From an uncultured bacterium (lineage in GTDB: Bacteria > Omnitrophota > Omnitrophia > Omnitrophales > Aquincolibacteriaceae): DNA of 64,000 nt. The translations under genes were made by a program, and so were the position numbers. The notes below the pieces were generated by a model, which was not told where the DNA came from, ran no database searches, and saw nothing but the letters and a program-made list of their open reading frames with translations. Within the stretch, counting starts at the first letter, position 1, and every line of letters begins with the position of its first letter. Shown one piece after another: positions 1-10,395 of the stretch. The stretch spans positions 19,992 to 83,991 of the forward strand of contig CAYSSX010000009.1 of assembly GCA_964434115.1 (NCBI GenBank). Direction: 5' to 3'.

Positions 1-779
1 CCCGAAGAGGGAAACTTTCCTTTCCGGACGTCGTTTTGATACTGACGGACCGCTTGAGCGGCTTCACGGCCGAGGGCCGCATAACGCCGGACAAACTTGG
101 GTGACACGGCCCCCTGAAAACCCAGCATGTCGGGAAGCACCAGCACCTGCCCATCCGTTCCGCGTCCGGCCCCGATACCGATGGTCGGACACTTCACCGC
201 GCGCGTAATTTTCGCCGCGAGCTTCGCGGGCACGCATTCCAGCACCAAAGCAAAAACGCCGAGCTTATCCAGTAATACGGCATCTTTCAGGATTTCCTGC
301 GCTTCTTTGGGGCCGCGGCCCTGAACACGGTAGCCGCCAAGCTGGCTCGCGCTCTGCGGTGTCAGGCCCAAATGCCCCATGACCGGAACGCCGGCCGAGA
401 CAAGGGCTTCGACCTGTTTACGGATTCTGGCGCCGCCCTCCACTTTCACAGCATCCGCTCCGGCTTCTTTCAAAAACCGCTGCGCGTTACGAAGCGCCCG
501 CGCGGGCGTGTCGTAAGAACCAAAAGGCATGTCCGCGGTAACCAGGGAACGTTTGACTCCGCGCGTCACCGCGCGGGTGTGGTGAAGCATGTCACGCATC
601 GTAACCGGAAGCGTGCTCTCGTAACCAAGAAGCACCATGCCCAGCGAGTCTCCGACAAGAAGAATGTCCAGCTCCGCGTCATCCAGAATGCGCGCGAAGA
701 GATAGTCGTAGCAGGTCAGAACCGTAATTTTTTCTCGGGATTTTTTCTTACCGCGGATATCTTTGACGGTGAGTTTCAT
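1..779 (-). CDS. panB: 3-methyl-2-oxobutanoate hydroxymethyltransferase (ketopantoate hydroxymethyltransferase). N-terminal part only; the C-terminus runs past the window start.
   Basis: Minus-strand translation from ATG at 779..777 reads MKLTVKDIRGKKKSREKITVLTCYDYLFARILDDAELDILLVGDSLGMV..., the PanB N-terminal signature. There is no stop before position 1, so it is absent from the ORF track. Confidence 0.8.
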   Translation of the reverse strand, partial: MKLTVKDIRGKKKSREKITVLTCYDYLFARILDDAELDILLVGDSLGMVLLGYESTLPVTMRDMLHHTRAVTRGVKRSLVTADMPFGSYDTPARALRNAQRFLKEAGADAVKVEGGARIRKQVEALVSAGVPVMGHLGLTPQSASQLGGYRVQGRGPKEAQEILKDAVLLDKLGVFALVLECVPAKLAAKITRAVKCPTIGIGAGRGTDGQVLVLPDMLGFQGAVSPKFVRRYAALGREAAQAVRQYQNDVRKGKFPSS

Positions 780-801
780 AAAATCAGGACGAGAAAAATC
801 G

Positions 802-1698
802 TCACAATCCCTTCTGCCATTTGTAGGCCTGAATGAGATTGCGCATCAGCATGGTCACGGTCAAAGGTCCCACGCCACCCGGAACCGGAGTAATAAAAGA
901 GGCGCGCTCAGCGGCGGGTTCAAACTCAATGTCGCCGACCAGCTTGCCCTCGACCTCGGTGGTACCGACATCAATCACCACCGCTCCGGGCTTGATCCAC
1001 GCGCCTTTGATCAAACGCGGCTGGCCGCAGCAGCCGATGACGATATCACTTTCAGAAACAATTTTTTCGAGGTCCGCGGAAGAAGTTCCGCTGTTGCAAA
1101 CGGTCGTGGTCACGCGTTCATCACCCAAAAGGAGCTGAAGAGGCCGCCCCACAATCGCACTTTGTCCCACAATCGCGGCTTTTTTTCCGCGAAGCGTCAC
1201 ACCCGAAGCTTTGATCAAAGAGTAAGCCGCGTTGGCCGTCGGAGGAATGAGGTTGGCCTTGCGAAGCACAATGAGCCCAAGGCTTGTAGGGTGAATGCCT
1301 TCCACATCCTTGCGCGGATCAAGCGCCAGCATCACGCGGTCCGCATTGAAACCCGCGGGTAAAGGCATAGCCACAAAAATGCCGTGGAATTTTCCGCTTT
1401 TGGAATTGGCGCCGTAATATTCAAGCTGCTTCAGGAGGTCGTCCTGGTTTTTGATCACATCGGGTCCGGTTTTTTCAAAAACCAGTCCGAGTTTTGCCGC
1501 CAGTTTTTCCTGCTGTCCGATATACCAGGAGGACGAAGGGTCCTGATTGGCTTGCAGAACTAACAGGCCCGGCACTTCCGCGCCCTTGGCGCGGCAGCTC
1601 TCTGCAAAGGCTTTGATTTCCTCCTGCAGAGGCGCGGTCAGGGACTTACCTTCAAGAAGCTTTGCTTGGCTCACTGGCATGGACCTTCCCCTGTTCAA
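802..1698 (-). CDS. folD: Bifunctional methylenetetrahydrofolate dehydrogenase / methenyl-THF cyclohydrolase
   Basis: 298-aa ORF with typical FolD length and NAD(P)-binding Rossmann segment (AAIVGQSAIVGRPL). It sits in an operon with a FTCD-C cyclohydrolase gene and panB. Confidence 0.9.
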   Translation of the reverse strand: MNRGRSMPVSQAKLLEGKSLTAPLQEEIKAFAESCRAKGAEVPGLLVLQANQDPSSSWYIGQQEKLAAKLGLVFEKTGPDVIKNQDDLLKQLEYYGANSKSGKFHGIFVAMPLPAGFNADRVMLALDPRKDVEGIHPTSLGLIVLRKANLIPPTANAAYSLIKASGVTLRGKKAAIVGQSAIVGRPLQLLLGDERVTTTVCNSGTSSADLEKIVSESDIVIGCCGQPRLIKGAWIKPGAVVIDVGTTEVEGKLVGDIEFEPAAERASFITPVPGGVGPLTVTMLMRNLIQAYKWQKGL

Positions 1699-2281
1699 AA
1701 CGGTGTTTGAGTTCTTCGAGTGTCTTCTCGGCCTTTTCTTTCTTGGCCGCGTCTTTCATGTATTTCACATTGATCATGGCCGTGTGATACGCGCCGTGAA
1801 ACGCGCCTTCCAAAAGGCCTTCGCTTACGGACAAATCGTTTTTAATGGAACCCGTGACACGTTCAAGAAGAATGGCATTCCACTCGCGCGCCATCACCAC
1901 AAGAAAAACCAGGTCCGCCTGAAGCCGGAAAGAGTTTTGAAGCGCGTCTTCCATCTGGGTCGGGTCTCCGCCCCACGCTTTATTCACCTGCTCGTAAACT
2001 TCAGGGTCCAGATTCACGATCTGAAAAGCATCGCGTTTTGTTTTCTCAAGCGAAGTCAGAATTTTTTCAAGAGTCTCGCGCCGTTCGACTTCGCGCGCCT
2101 CTTCATCCATGCTGAGACCGGTTTTCTTTTTGCGGTTTAAAGTAATCTGGATCACCATCTGGGAAAGCCCCATAGCCAGAGCCGCGACATAAGCCGAAAC
2201 ACTGCCGCCCCCGGGCACGGGTTTATCACTGGAAAGTTCATGAAGATAATCTTCGAGAGAAAGCTGGGTAAATTTTTTCAT
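1652..2281 (-). CDS. fchA: Methenyltetrahydrofolate cyclohydrolase / formiminotransferase-cyclodeaminase C-domain family protein
   Basis: 209-aa ORF with PVPGGGSVSAYVAALAMGLSQMV, characteristic of the FTCD_C cyclodeaminase/cyclohydrolase family. It lies adjacent to folD. Confidence 0.75.
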   Translation of the reverse strand: MKKFTQLSLEDYLHELSSDKPVPGGGSVSAYVAALAMGLSQMVIQITLNRKKKTGLSMDEEAREVERRETLEKILTSLEKTKRDAFQIVNLDPEVYEQVNKAWGGDPTQMEDALQNSFRLQADLVFLVVMAREWNAILLERVTGSIKNDLSVSEGLLEGAFHGAYHTAMINVKYMKDAAKKEKAEKTLEELKHRFEQGKVHASEPSKAS

Positions 2282-2406
2282 GATGGCCCCGGGGTGAAAA
2301 ATCTTGGGAAATAGATTTTTGTAGTATAGGAAGCCCCGGAAGGCCTGTCAACGCGCGAAAACCCCAGAGGACGAACTTTCCGGCCCTGTGTTATATTACC
2401 CGGCGC

Positions 2407-3252
2407 ATGAACACGCTCAGCGTTATCATTCCCACTTACAACCGCCGCCCCGTCCTGGCCCGGGCACTCCGCTCGGTTTTGGACCAAAAACCGGCCCCGG
2501 ACGAAGTCCTGGTGGTGGATGACGGCTCCACGGACGGCACCCCGGAATGGCTGGCCCGGGAGTTCCCTTCCGTAATCCTGATTCGACAGGCCAATCAAGG
2601 CCCTGCCGCGGCGCGGAACCGGGGCATTGAAAAAGCTTCGGGAACCTGGCTGGCCTTTCTGGACTCGGATGACGAATGGCTGCCTGGCAAATTGAAATCC
2701 CAGTGGGATTTCTTTCATGCCCATCCTGAATACCGCATGGCCCAAACCGAAGAGCTCTGGATCCGGAATGGACAGCGTGTGAACCCTATGAAAAAGCATC
2801 AAAAGCACGGAGGCTGGATTTTTGACAAATGCCTGCCCCTTTGCCTGATCAGCCCTTCCGCGGTGATGCTGCAAAAAAGTCTTTTGGAAGAAACCGGCGT
2901 GTTTGATGAATCCTATCCGGCGTGCGAGGATTATGAACTTTGGCTGCGGATCACGGCGCGTTATCCGGTGGGGTTGATTGCAAGGCCCGGCATCAAAAAG
3001 TACGGCGGCCATGATGACCAGCGGTCGCGCGAGTTCCCGGCCATGGACCGTTTTCGCATCCGCGCCTTGATCAAAACCCTTGAAAGCGGACTCCTAAATT
3101 CGGAACAAACGCAAAGCGCACTGGCCATGCTCGCGGAAAAATCCTCGATTTTTTTCGCCGGCGCGGAAAAGCGGGATCCGCATGAAGAAGCGGAATCACT
3201 CAAGAAGAAATTGCATGAAATCAAAAACCGCTTTCCGGAATCCGCCCTGTGA
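2407..3252 (+). CDS. Family 2 glycosyltransferase (GT-A fold)
   Basis: VIIPTYNRRPVLARALRSVLDQ ... VVDDGSTDGT ... LDSDDEW (DxD) ... CEDYELWLR, the canonical GT2 architecture. Confidence 0.85.
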   Translation: MNTLSVIIPTYNRRPVLARALRSVLDQKPAPDEVLVVDDGSTDGTPEWLAREFPSVILIRQANQGPAAARNRGIEKASGTWLAFLDSDDEWLPGKLKSQWDFFHAHPEYRMAQTEELWIRNGQRVNPMKKHQKHGGWIFDKCLPLCLISPSAVMLQKSLLEETGVFDESYPACEDYELWLRITARYPVGLIARPGIKKYGGHDDQRSREFPAMDRFRIRALIKTLESGLLNSEQTQSALAMLAEKSSIFFAGAEKRDPHEEAESLKKKLHEIKNRFPESAL

Positions 3253-4349
3253 AACTCTATACGCCTGAAAGAATCCTTCTCGATAAAAAAGCCAAGGCCT
3301 GGCCGCTGACTTCAGAAATCATTGCCCGCCTCCCGGGCGTACCGGTCGAAGAGATTGAAAGCGTCCGCCCCTCGATGGAAGAAACCAAACGTAAAGCCGA
3401 CCCCATCGGCGCTGGAAAAAGAACCCTGTTTCTCACGGTAGATGAAGGGCGTTCTTTTAAACCTTTTCCCGAAGCGGAGCAGTATCTATCCTGCGATTAC
3501 TACACGCTTCATGTGGCCGAAGGCTGCGACCTGGAATGCAGTTACTGCATTCTGCAGGCCTACTTGACCAACCCCTTTCTCACGGTCTTCGTCAATGTTC
3601 CGGAAATGCTGGCCAATCTTCAGTCGTTTTTGTCCGCAAGTCCGGAACGTTTTTTCCGGATCGGCACGGGCCAGCTCGCGGATTCCCTTTCGCTTGATCA
3701 CATCACCGGTTTTTCAGAGTTGCTTGTCCCGTTTTTCGAAAAACAAAATAACGCGGTCCTGGAATTGAAAACCAAGAGTGACAACATTGAGCGCCTGCTT
3801 AAAATTTCCAGCCGCGGCAAAACAATTGTCTCCTGGTCCGTCAATATGGAAGCGCTTCAAAAGCAGGAAGAACACAAAACCGCGACGCTGGATGAGAGGC
3901 TTGCCGCGGCCGCGCAAATCTGCGAAAAAACCGATCACCGGGTGGGATTTCATTTTGACCCGCTCGTGGATATGCCCGACTGCGAAGAAGCTTACAGCGC
4001 GATTTTAAAGAAACTCTTCGATAAAGTTCCGGAAGAACGGATCGCTTGGATAAGTCTGGGGTGTCTTCGGTTTATGCCTGAACTTAAACCCATCATGGAA
4101 AACCGGTTTCCGAAATCAACGCTTCCGGCGGGAGAGTGGGTCAGAGGCATGGACGGCAAAATGCGCTATTTCAAACCGCGGAGAATCGAGCTGTACCGTT
4201 TTATGGTCAACGAAGTGAGGAAGCACGCTCCGGAGGTCACGCTTTACCTTTCCATGGAATCCCCGGAAGTGTGGCTGGAAGTCTTCGGCACGGAGCAAAA
4301 CAAGGAAAGCGTTTGCCGGCTGCTGGACCACGCAGCCCAAAAAACCTGA
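3249..4349 (+). CDS. Spore-photoproduct-lyase-like (SPL family) radical SAM protein
   Basis: The radical SAM cluster motif GCDLECSYCILQAY (CX3CX2C followed by LQ) matches SplB-type DNA repair lyases. The start overlaps the GT2 stop (ATGA). Confidence 0.75.
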   Translation: MKLYTPERILLDKKAKAWPLTSEIIARLPGVPVEEIESVRPSMEETKRKADPIGAGKRTLFLTVDEGRSFKPFPEAEQYLSCDYYTLHVAEGCDLECSYCILQAYLTNPFLTVFVNVPEMLANLQSFLSASPERFFRIGTGQLADSLSLDHITGFSELLVPFFEKQNNAVLELKTKSDNIERLLKISSRGKTIVSWSVNMEALQKQEEHKTATLDERLAAAAQICEKTDHRVGFHFDPLVDMPDCEEAYSAILKKLFDKVPEERIAWISLGCLRFMPELKPIMENRFPKSTLPAGEWVRGMDGKMRYFKPRRIELYRFMVNEVRKHAPEVTLYLSMESPEVWLEVFGTEQNKESVCRLLDHAAQKT

Positions 4350-4359
4350 AGCTTGTGCT

Positions 4360-4743
4360 TTAAAGGCCCTGAAGCGGGAAATTAAAGTTGGGACGCCAGC
4401 CTTCGGGAAGGAATGCCAGCAAGCATCCCAGCACGGCCAGCCAGAAGATAATCGAATAGATCAAAATCGCAACATTCCCCATCCCCATGCTCAGTTTGCC
4501 CGGACGGCGGCCCACGTTCATCAGGTTGGAAATGCGGATTTCCATAATGTAGATCTTGAGAAGAAGGATTTGATACTTAAAGAAGACTGAAAGAACCAGG
4601 CCCCAGATCGCCAGGTCGCGATAAAGGGAATTCCCCTCATAGAAGTGATAAACGAGAATCAGAACAAAGGCGAGAAACACCACCATGTTCGAAAGCGTTC
4701 CGAAAACCGCGAAAATACGTTCATCATTCTTACGATAATTCAT
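4360..4743 (-). CDS. Small integral membrane protein (3-4 TM helices), function unknown
   Basis: 127-aa ORF with hydrophobic helices (VVFLAFVLILVY, AIWGLVLSVFF, IFWLAVLGCLLAFL). No motif recognised. Confidence 0.5.
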   Translation of the reverse strand: MNYRKNDERIFAVFGTLSNMVVFLAFVLILVYHFYEGNSLYRDLAIWGLVLSVFFKYQILLLKIYIMEIRISNLMNVGRRPGKLSMGMGNVAILIYSIIFWLAVLGCLLAFLPEGWRPNFNFPLQGL

Positions 4744-5004
4744 GAGGACTTGTCCTTTCCCAAAAGAATGGGTTCCCGGTTTTTATCGGCGCCTTTATCC
4801 GGTTTCTTCACCGAAAAAGCGTTCCCCTGTTTTCAGGCCGCAGCCGGACTTCCGGAACACCCGGAACAGCCCTCTCGCCGGAAGGCGGGGCCAAATCCCT
4901 GAAAAACCTCAAATTCCCCCTTTACAAACGGCCTGAAAAAAGAAATCATACGTCACCCGGATCCGTTTTTCCGGAGTCCTCGGAAAGATTCCTGAGCTTC
5001 CCTC

Positions 5005-5739
5005 GTGAAAAAAAAATCCCTGAACCTTCTGGCGATCGAAACTTCAAGCCCCGTGCTCAGCGTAGCCCTTAAAAAAGGCAAAGCCAAGCCGCAGGAAAAA
5101 CGCCTTAAAGGATTTCTTCAGCACGCGGAAAACCTTCTCCCGATGATTGATCAATTACTTCGCAAGGCCCGCATCAAGGTCTCGGACATTGACGCCTTTT
5201 TAATCGGCCGCGGACCGGGTTCTTTTACCGGCCTCCGCATCGGCTTCGCCACGCTTAAAGCTTTCCGTTTGATTCAAAAAAAGCCCTGTTACGGCGCCTC
5301 CAGCATGGACTTGATTGCGGCGGCCATTCCGGCAGTTCCGGAAAAGACGCTGGCCGTTGCCCTTGATGGCCGTAAGGAAAAAATTTTCTCACGCTTGTAC
5401 CGCGCGCAAAAAGGCCAGTGGATCCCCAAAGGCCCCGCGGCCGCCCTTACTTATGAAGCCTGGTCTTCCCAGCTTCCCGGCGGCGTCTGGATCGCGGGCG
5501 ATGTGCTGCAGAATTACCGGGTAAAACTCGAGGAACGCGGACTCAAATTCAAGGCGCTGCCTGCCAAGACCTGGATACCGACCGCGCTTCCGCTCATTGA
5601 AGGTTTTGAAAAAAAGAAAGCGGTTTCCGGAATGCCCCGTTTTCTGCATAAACTGAAGACACCGCTGGAAGAGATTCCCCTTTACTTCCGCCTCTCTGAA
5701 GCCGAAGAAAGGAGAAGCCATGCCGCTTCCCACTGCTGA
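5005..5739 (+). CDS. tsaB: tRNA threonylcarbamoyladenosine biosynthesis protein TsaB (YeaZ)
   Basis: LLAIETSSPVLSVAL and GRGPGSFTGLRIG motifs of the inactive Kae1/TsaD paralog. GTG start. Confidence 0.85.
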   Translation: MKKKSLNLLAIETSSPVLSVALKKGKAKPQEKRLKGFLQHAENLLPMIDQLLRKARIKVSDIDAFLIGRGPGSFTGLRIGFATLKAFRLIQKKPCYGASSMDLIAAAIPAVPEKTLAVALDGRKEKIFSRLYRAQKGQWIPKGPAAALTYEAWSSQLPGGVWIAGDVLQNYRVKLEERGLKFKALPAKTWIPTALPLIEGFEKKKAVSGMPRFLHKLKTPLEEIPLYFRLSEAEERRSHAASHC

Positions 5740-6859
5740 CATCTCTTCGCAGATTGCCTCGGGCGCCTGGGTTGAAGTCCGGCTTGACCGGATGGTGGAC
5801 AACCTCAAGGTGATGCGGAGTTTTCAAAGTTCTCAAACCAAGGTCATGGCCGTCGTCAAGGCCAATGCTTACGGCCACGGGCTCCTCGAAACCGCCCGCA
5901 GACTGGCACCTCACGTGGATTATCTGGGCGTCTCTTCCATCCGCGAAGTTCTCGAATTAAAAGAACACAAAATCCAGGCACCGGTTTTTCTTCTTTCCCG
6001 TCTTATGCCGCATGAAATTCCTCCGGTTCTGCTGGATGGTGTGACGCTCAGCGTTTCAAGTTATGAAGAGGCGGCCGCCATTTCCGAAGCCTCGCTCGCA
6101 AAAAACAAAAAGACACTCATTCACATTAAAATTGATACGGGCATGGGACGGCTCGGAATTCCTTTTGGCCAGGCCCTCAAAGTCATTGAAAAAACAGCGG
6201 AACTCCGTGGGGTTCTCATGGAAGGTCTTTTCACCCATTTCCCAACCGCGGAGCTTGAGGATGGCTTCACGGAAAATCAGGTCCGGGATTTCACCTTGCT
6301 CCTGCAGGCCATGGAGAAAAAAGGAATTGTTTTTCCTCTGCGCCACGCAGCGAACAGCGCAGGGTCTTTAAAAATCCGGACTCCGGTTTTTAACATGATC
6401 CGGCCGGGGCTGATGCTGTACGGCCTTTACCCCGATGACTCGCTTAGAAACACGGCGGAGGTTCTGCCTGTTTTGAGTTTAAAGAGCCGAATTATCTCTC
6501 TGAAACGCCTGCAAACAGGCCAATCCGTGGGGTATGGCCGCGATTTTACCGCAGAAAAGCCGTGCACGATCGGACTGCTCTCGATTGGTTACAGCCATGG
6601 TTATCCCTTTGCTGCCGCCAAACAGGCGAGCGTCCTTTATCAGGGACAAAAATTTCCGGTCGCGGGCCGTGTTTCGATGGACTACACGGCGTTTAATCTG
6701 GGCGATGCCCGCGCAAAAATCGGCGACGAAGTAACCCTGATCGGTGAAGACCTGGGACAAAGCATCCTTGCTGAAGATCTTGCCCGCTGGGCGAACACCA
6801 TTCCTTACGAAATCGTAACCGGACTCAGCGCTTTTCTGCCGCGCGTCACCACCGCCTGA
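5720..6859 (+). CDS. alr: Alanine racemase
   Basis: AVVKANAYGHG PLP-lysine motif. 379 aa, two-domain length typical of Alr. Confidence 0.9.
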   Translation: MPLPTADISSQIASGAWVEVRLDRMVDNLKVMRSFQSSQTKVMAVVKANAYGHGLLETARRLAPHVDYLGVSSIREVLELKEHKIQAPVFLLSRLMPHEIPPVLLDGVTLSVSSYEEAAAISEASLAKNKKTLIHIKIDTGMGRLGIPFGQALKVIEKTAELRGVLMEGLFTHFPTAELEDGFTENQVRDFTLLLQAMEKKGIVFPLRHAANSAGSLKIRTPVFNMIRPGLMLYGLYPDDSLRNTAEVLPVLSLKSRIISLKRLQTGQSVGYGRDFTAEKPCTIGLLSIGYSHGYPFAAAKQASVLYQGQKFPVAGRVSMDYTAFNLGDARAKIGDEVTLIGEDLGQSILAEDLARWANTIPYEIVTGLSAFLPRVTTA

Positions 6860-6860
6860 C

Positions 6861-7409
6861 ATGTTTGAAATTCAAATCGAAACTCACGAAGAACTTGTTT
6901 CCACCAACACCCTTCTCCTCCGCTACGCGGAAGAGGGACGCCCTGAAGGCCTTGTGGTGACTGCGGACTATCAATCGGAAGGGCGCGGCAAACCGGGAAG
7001 AACCTGGCTTTCCCCTTCCGGAAAAAATCTTCTATTTTCAATTCTTCTCAGACCCGAGATCCCGGTGAATCAAGCGCCGATCCTCACCCAGATCGCATGC
7101 CGCTCGGTCGCTGAGGCGATTAGAAAAATCTGCGGAATCACTCCCGAATTTAAACGTCCGAATGATTTGCTCGTGAACGGGAAAAAAATCTGCGGGATTT
7201 TAACGGAAGCTCTTTCAAGTCCGTCGCGCCTCAACGCCGTTGTGGTCGGTGTCGGGCTCAACGTCAACAGTTCCGCCGAAGAACTTCTTCCCACCGCAAC
7301 ATCGCTGATGCTTGAAACAAAAAAATCGTGGGACCGGGACCCGTTGCTTTTGGAAATTTTGGATCAATTCAAGAATGACTTGAAAGGTTTGTATGCTTCT
7401 TCTGTTTGA
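6861..7409 (+). CDS. birA: Biotin--[acetyl-CoA-carboxylase] ligase, class I (no N-terminal HTH)
   Basis: SEGRGKPGRTWLSP is the GRGRRGR-type biotin-binding loop. 182 aa. Sits directly upstream of coaX, the usual birA-coaX pairing. Confidence 0.85.
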   Translation: MFEIQIETHEELVSTNTLLLRYAEEGRPEGLVVTADYQSEGRGKPGRTWLSPSGKNLLFSILLRPEIPVNQAPILTQIACRSVAEAIRKICGITPEFKRPNDLLVNGKKICGILTEALSSPSRLNAVVVGVGLNVNSSAEELLPTATSLMLETKKSWDRDPLLLEILDQFKNDLKGLYASSV

Positions 7410-8145
7410 TGTCGGAAACACCTCCATTTCCTGCGGAAAAGTTGAAAAAGGGCGTTTTACCGCGTTAAAACCCTTCATTTCTAACGATATCCCAAAAAAT
7501 GTCGCTAAATTACTCAAAAGTGGAGCGACTAATAAGAATAATGTCGTTATTAGCTCTGTTGTCCCAGATATAACCCTTAAAATCAAAAATCGAGTTTCCC
7601 TTTTAAGGCTGGGGAAGACCTGGATTGCAGGAGAGGATTTACCCGTCAAAATTGATCATAAATACAAATCTTTAAATACGTTAGGAATGGACAGACGGGT
7701 TTGTATCTACGGCGCCCTCCGCCTTTACAGGCCGCCCTTCCTTATTTTGGATTACGGGACCGCGATTACTGCGGATTACGTAGACGCCAAAGGTGTTTTT
7801 CAGGGCGGCATGATTATTCCGGGTCCAGAACTCGCCTATCAGTCGCTTTTAAAGCGCGCCGCTTTACTTCCCAAAAAAGCACGCCTGCCAAAGCAAACCC
7901 CTCAGTTTCTGGGCCGATCAACCCTTGAATGCCTCCAAAGCGGCATTCTGCAAGGCTATGGCGCCATGACCGACGGGCTTGTGGAAAAGTTCCGGAAAAA
8001 ATTTGGCAAAAAGCTTCAAGTTATTGCCACGGGAGGGTTTGCGTCACAGCTTGCATCGCTTGTCACAAGTTTCGATCTTGTGGATTCTTCGCTTTGCCTA
8101 AAGTCGCTTAAGATCCTCTTTGAAGAACAGCACCCCCAGGGTTAA
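7393..8145 (+). CDS. coaX: Type III pantothenate kinase
   Basis: N-terminal LLLFDVGNTSI (ASKHA fold phosphate-1 motif). 250 aa. Follows birA. Confidence 0.85.
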   Translation: MLLLFDVGNTSISCGKVEKGRFTALKPFISNDIPKNVAKLLKSGATNKNNVVISSVVPDITLKIKNRVSLLRLGKTWIAGEDLPVKIDHKYKSLNTLGMDRRVCIYGALRLYRPPFLILDYGTAITADYVDAKGVFQGGMIIPGPELAYQSLLKRAALLPKKARLPKQTPQFLGRSTLECLQSGILQGYGAMTDGLVEKFRKKFGKKLQVIATGGFASQLASLVTSFDLVDSSLCLKSLKILFEEQHPQG

Positions 8146-8173
8146 CTCCCTCGCGTTGAACTCGAATTCCCCC

Positions 8174-8201
8174 TTGATTTCCCGGCCGTTCTGGCTAGAA
8201 T
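8174..8201 (+). promoter_or_regulatory. Sigma-70-type promoter for the groEL-groES-groEL locus (TTGATT-N16-TAGAAT)
   Basis: Hexamers read directly, spaced 16 nt, lying just upstream of the CIRCE operator and about 100 nt before the first groEL. Confidence 0.55.
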
Positions 8202-8210
8202 GAGGCCCTG

Positions 8211-8237
8211 TTAGCACTCGCAAGTTTTGAGTGCCAA
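8211..8237 (+). promoter_or_regulatory. CIRCE operator (HrcA binding site)
   Basis: TTAGCACTC-gcaagtttt-GAGTGCCAA matches the CIRCE consensus TTAGCACTC-N9-GAGTGCTAA with one mismatch. Confidence 0.85.
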
Positions 8238-8287
8238 CCTTGCCCGCCGGTTCTCATTTTCCTAAGCGGTTCATCATTAGACAATAA

Positions 8288-9958
<1,671 letters not shown>

Positions 9959-10025
9959 TTAGCGCTTAGTTTTTGAATTTCATTTTCAAAATTGTCAAAA
10001 AGACAAATTTAATCAGGAGGTTGTT

Positions 10026-10316
10026 ATGAAAATTCGTCCCTTAGGTGACAGAGTGCTTGTGGAAATTTTGGAAGCCGAAGAAAAAACCAAAGGCGGGATT
10101 ATTCTTCCGGACACAGCCAAAGAAGAAAAGTCTGAAGGCAAGGTCATTTCCGTAGGATCGGGCAAGACGCTGGAATCCGGCAAGGTTCAGCCCATTGAAG
10201 TGAAAAAGGGCGACCGCGTGATTTTCGGCAAATGGGGCGGCGATGATCTTACGATCGAAGGCAAGAAGCACAAGATTCTGAAAGAAAGCGACCTCGTCGC
10301 GGTATACGAAGGTTAA
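10026..10316 (+). CDS. groES: Co-chaperonin GroES
   Basis: 96 aa. MKIRPLGDRVLVE...KGGIILPDTAKEK is a classic GroES. A strong RBS (AGGAGG) lies upstream. Confidence 0.95.
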   Translation: MKIRPLGDRVLVEILEAEEKTKGGIILPDTAKEEKSEGKVISVGSGKTLESGKVQPIEVKKGDRVIFGKWGGDDLTIEGKKHKILKESDLVAVYEG

Positions 10317-10395
10317 AACGTTCCGTTTTAACCGGAGTCCTGAAACTCTTGGGCTTCAACGCTTTTCACAGACTCGTTAACAGGAGAACTCTCAA

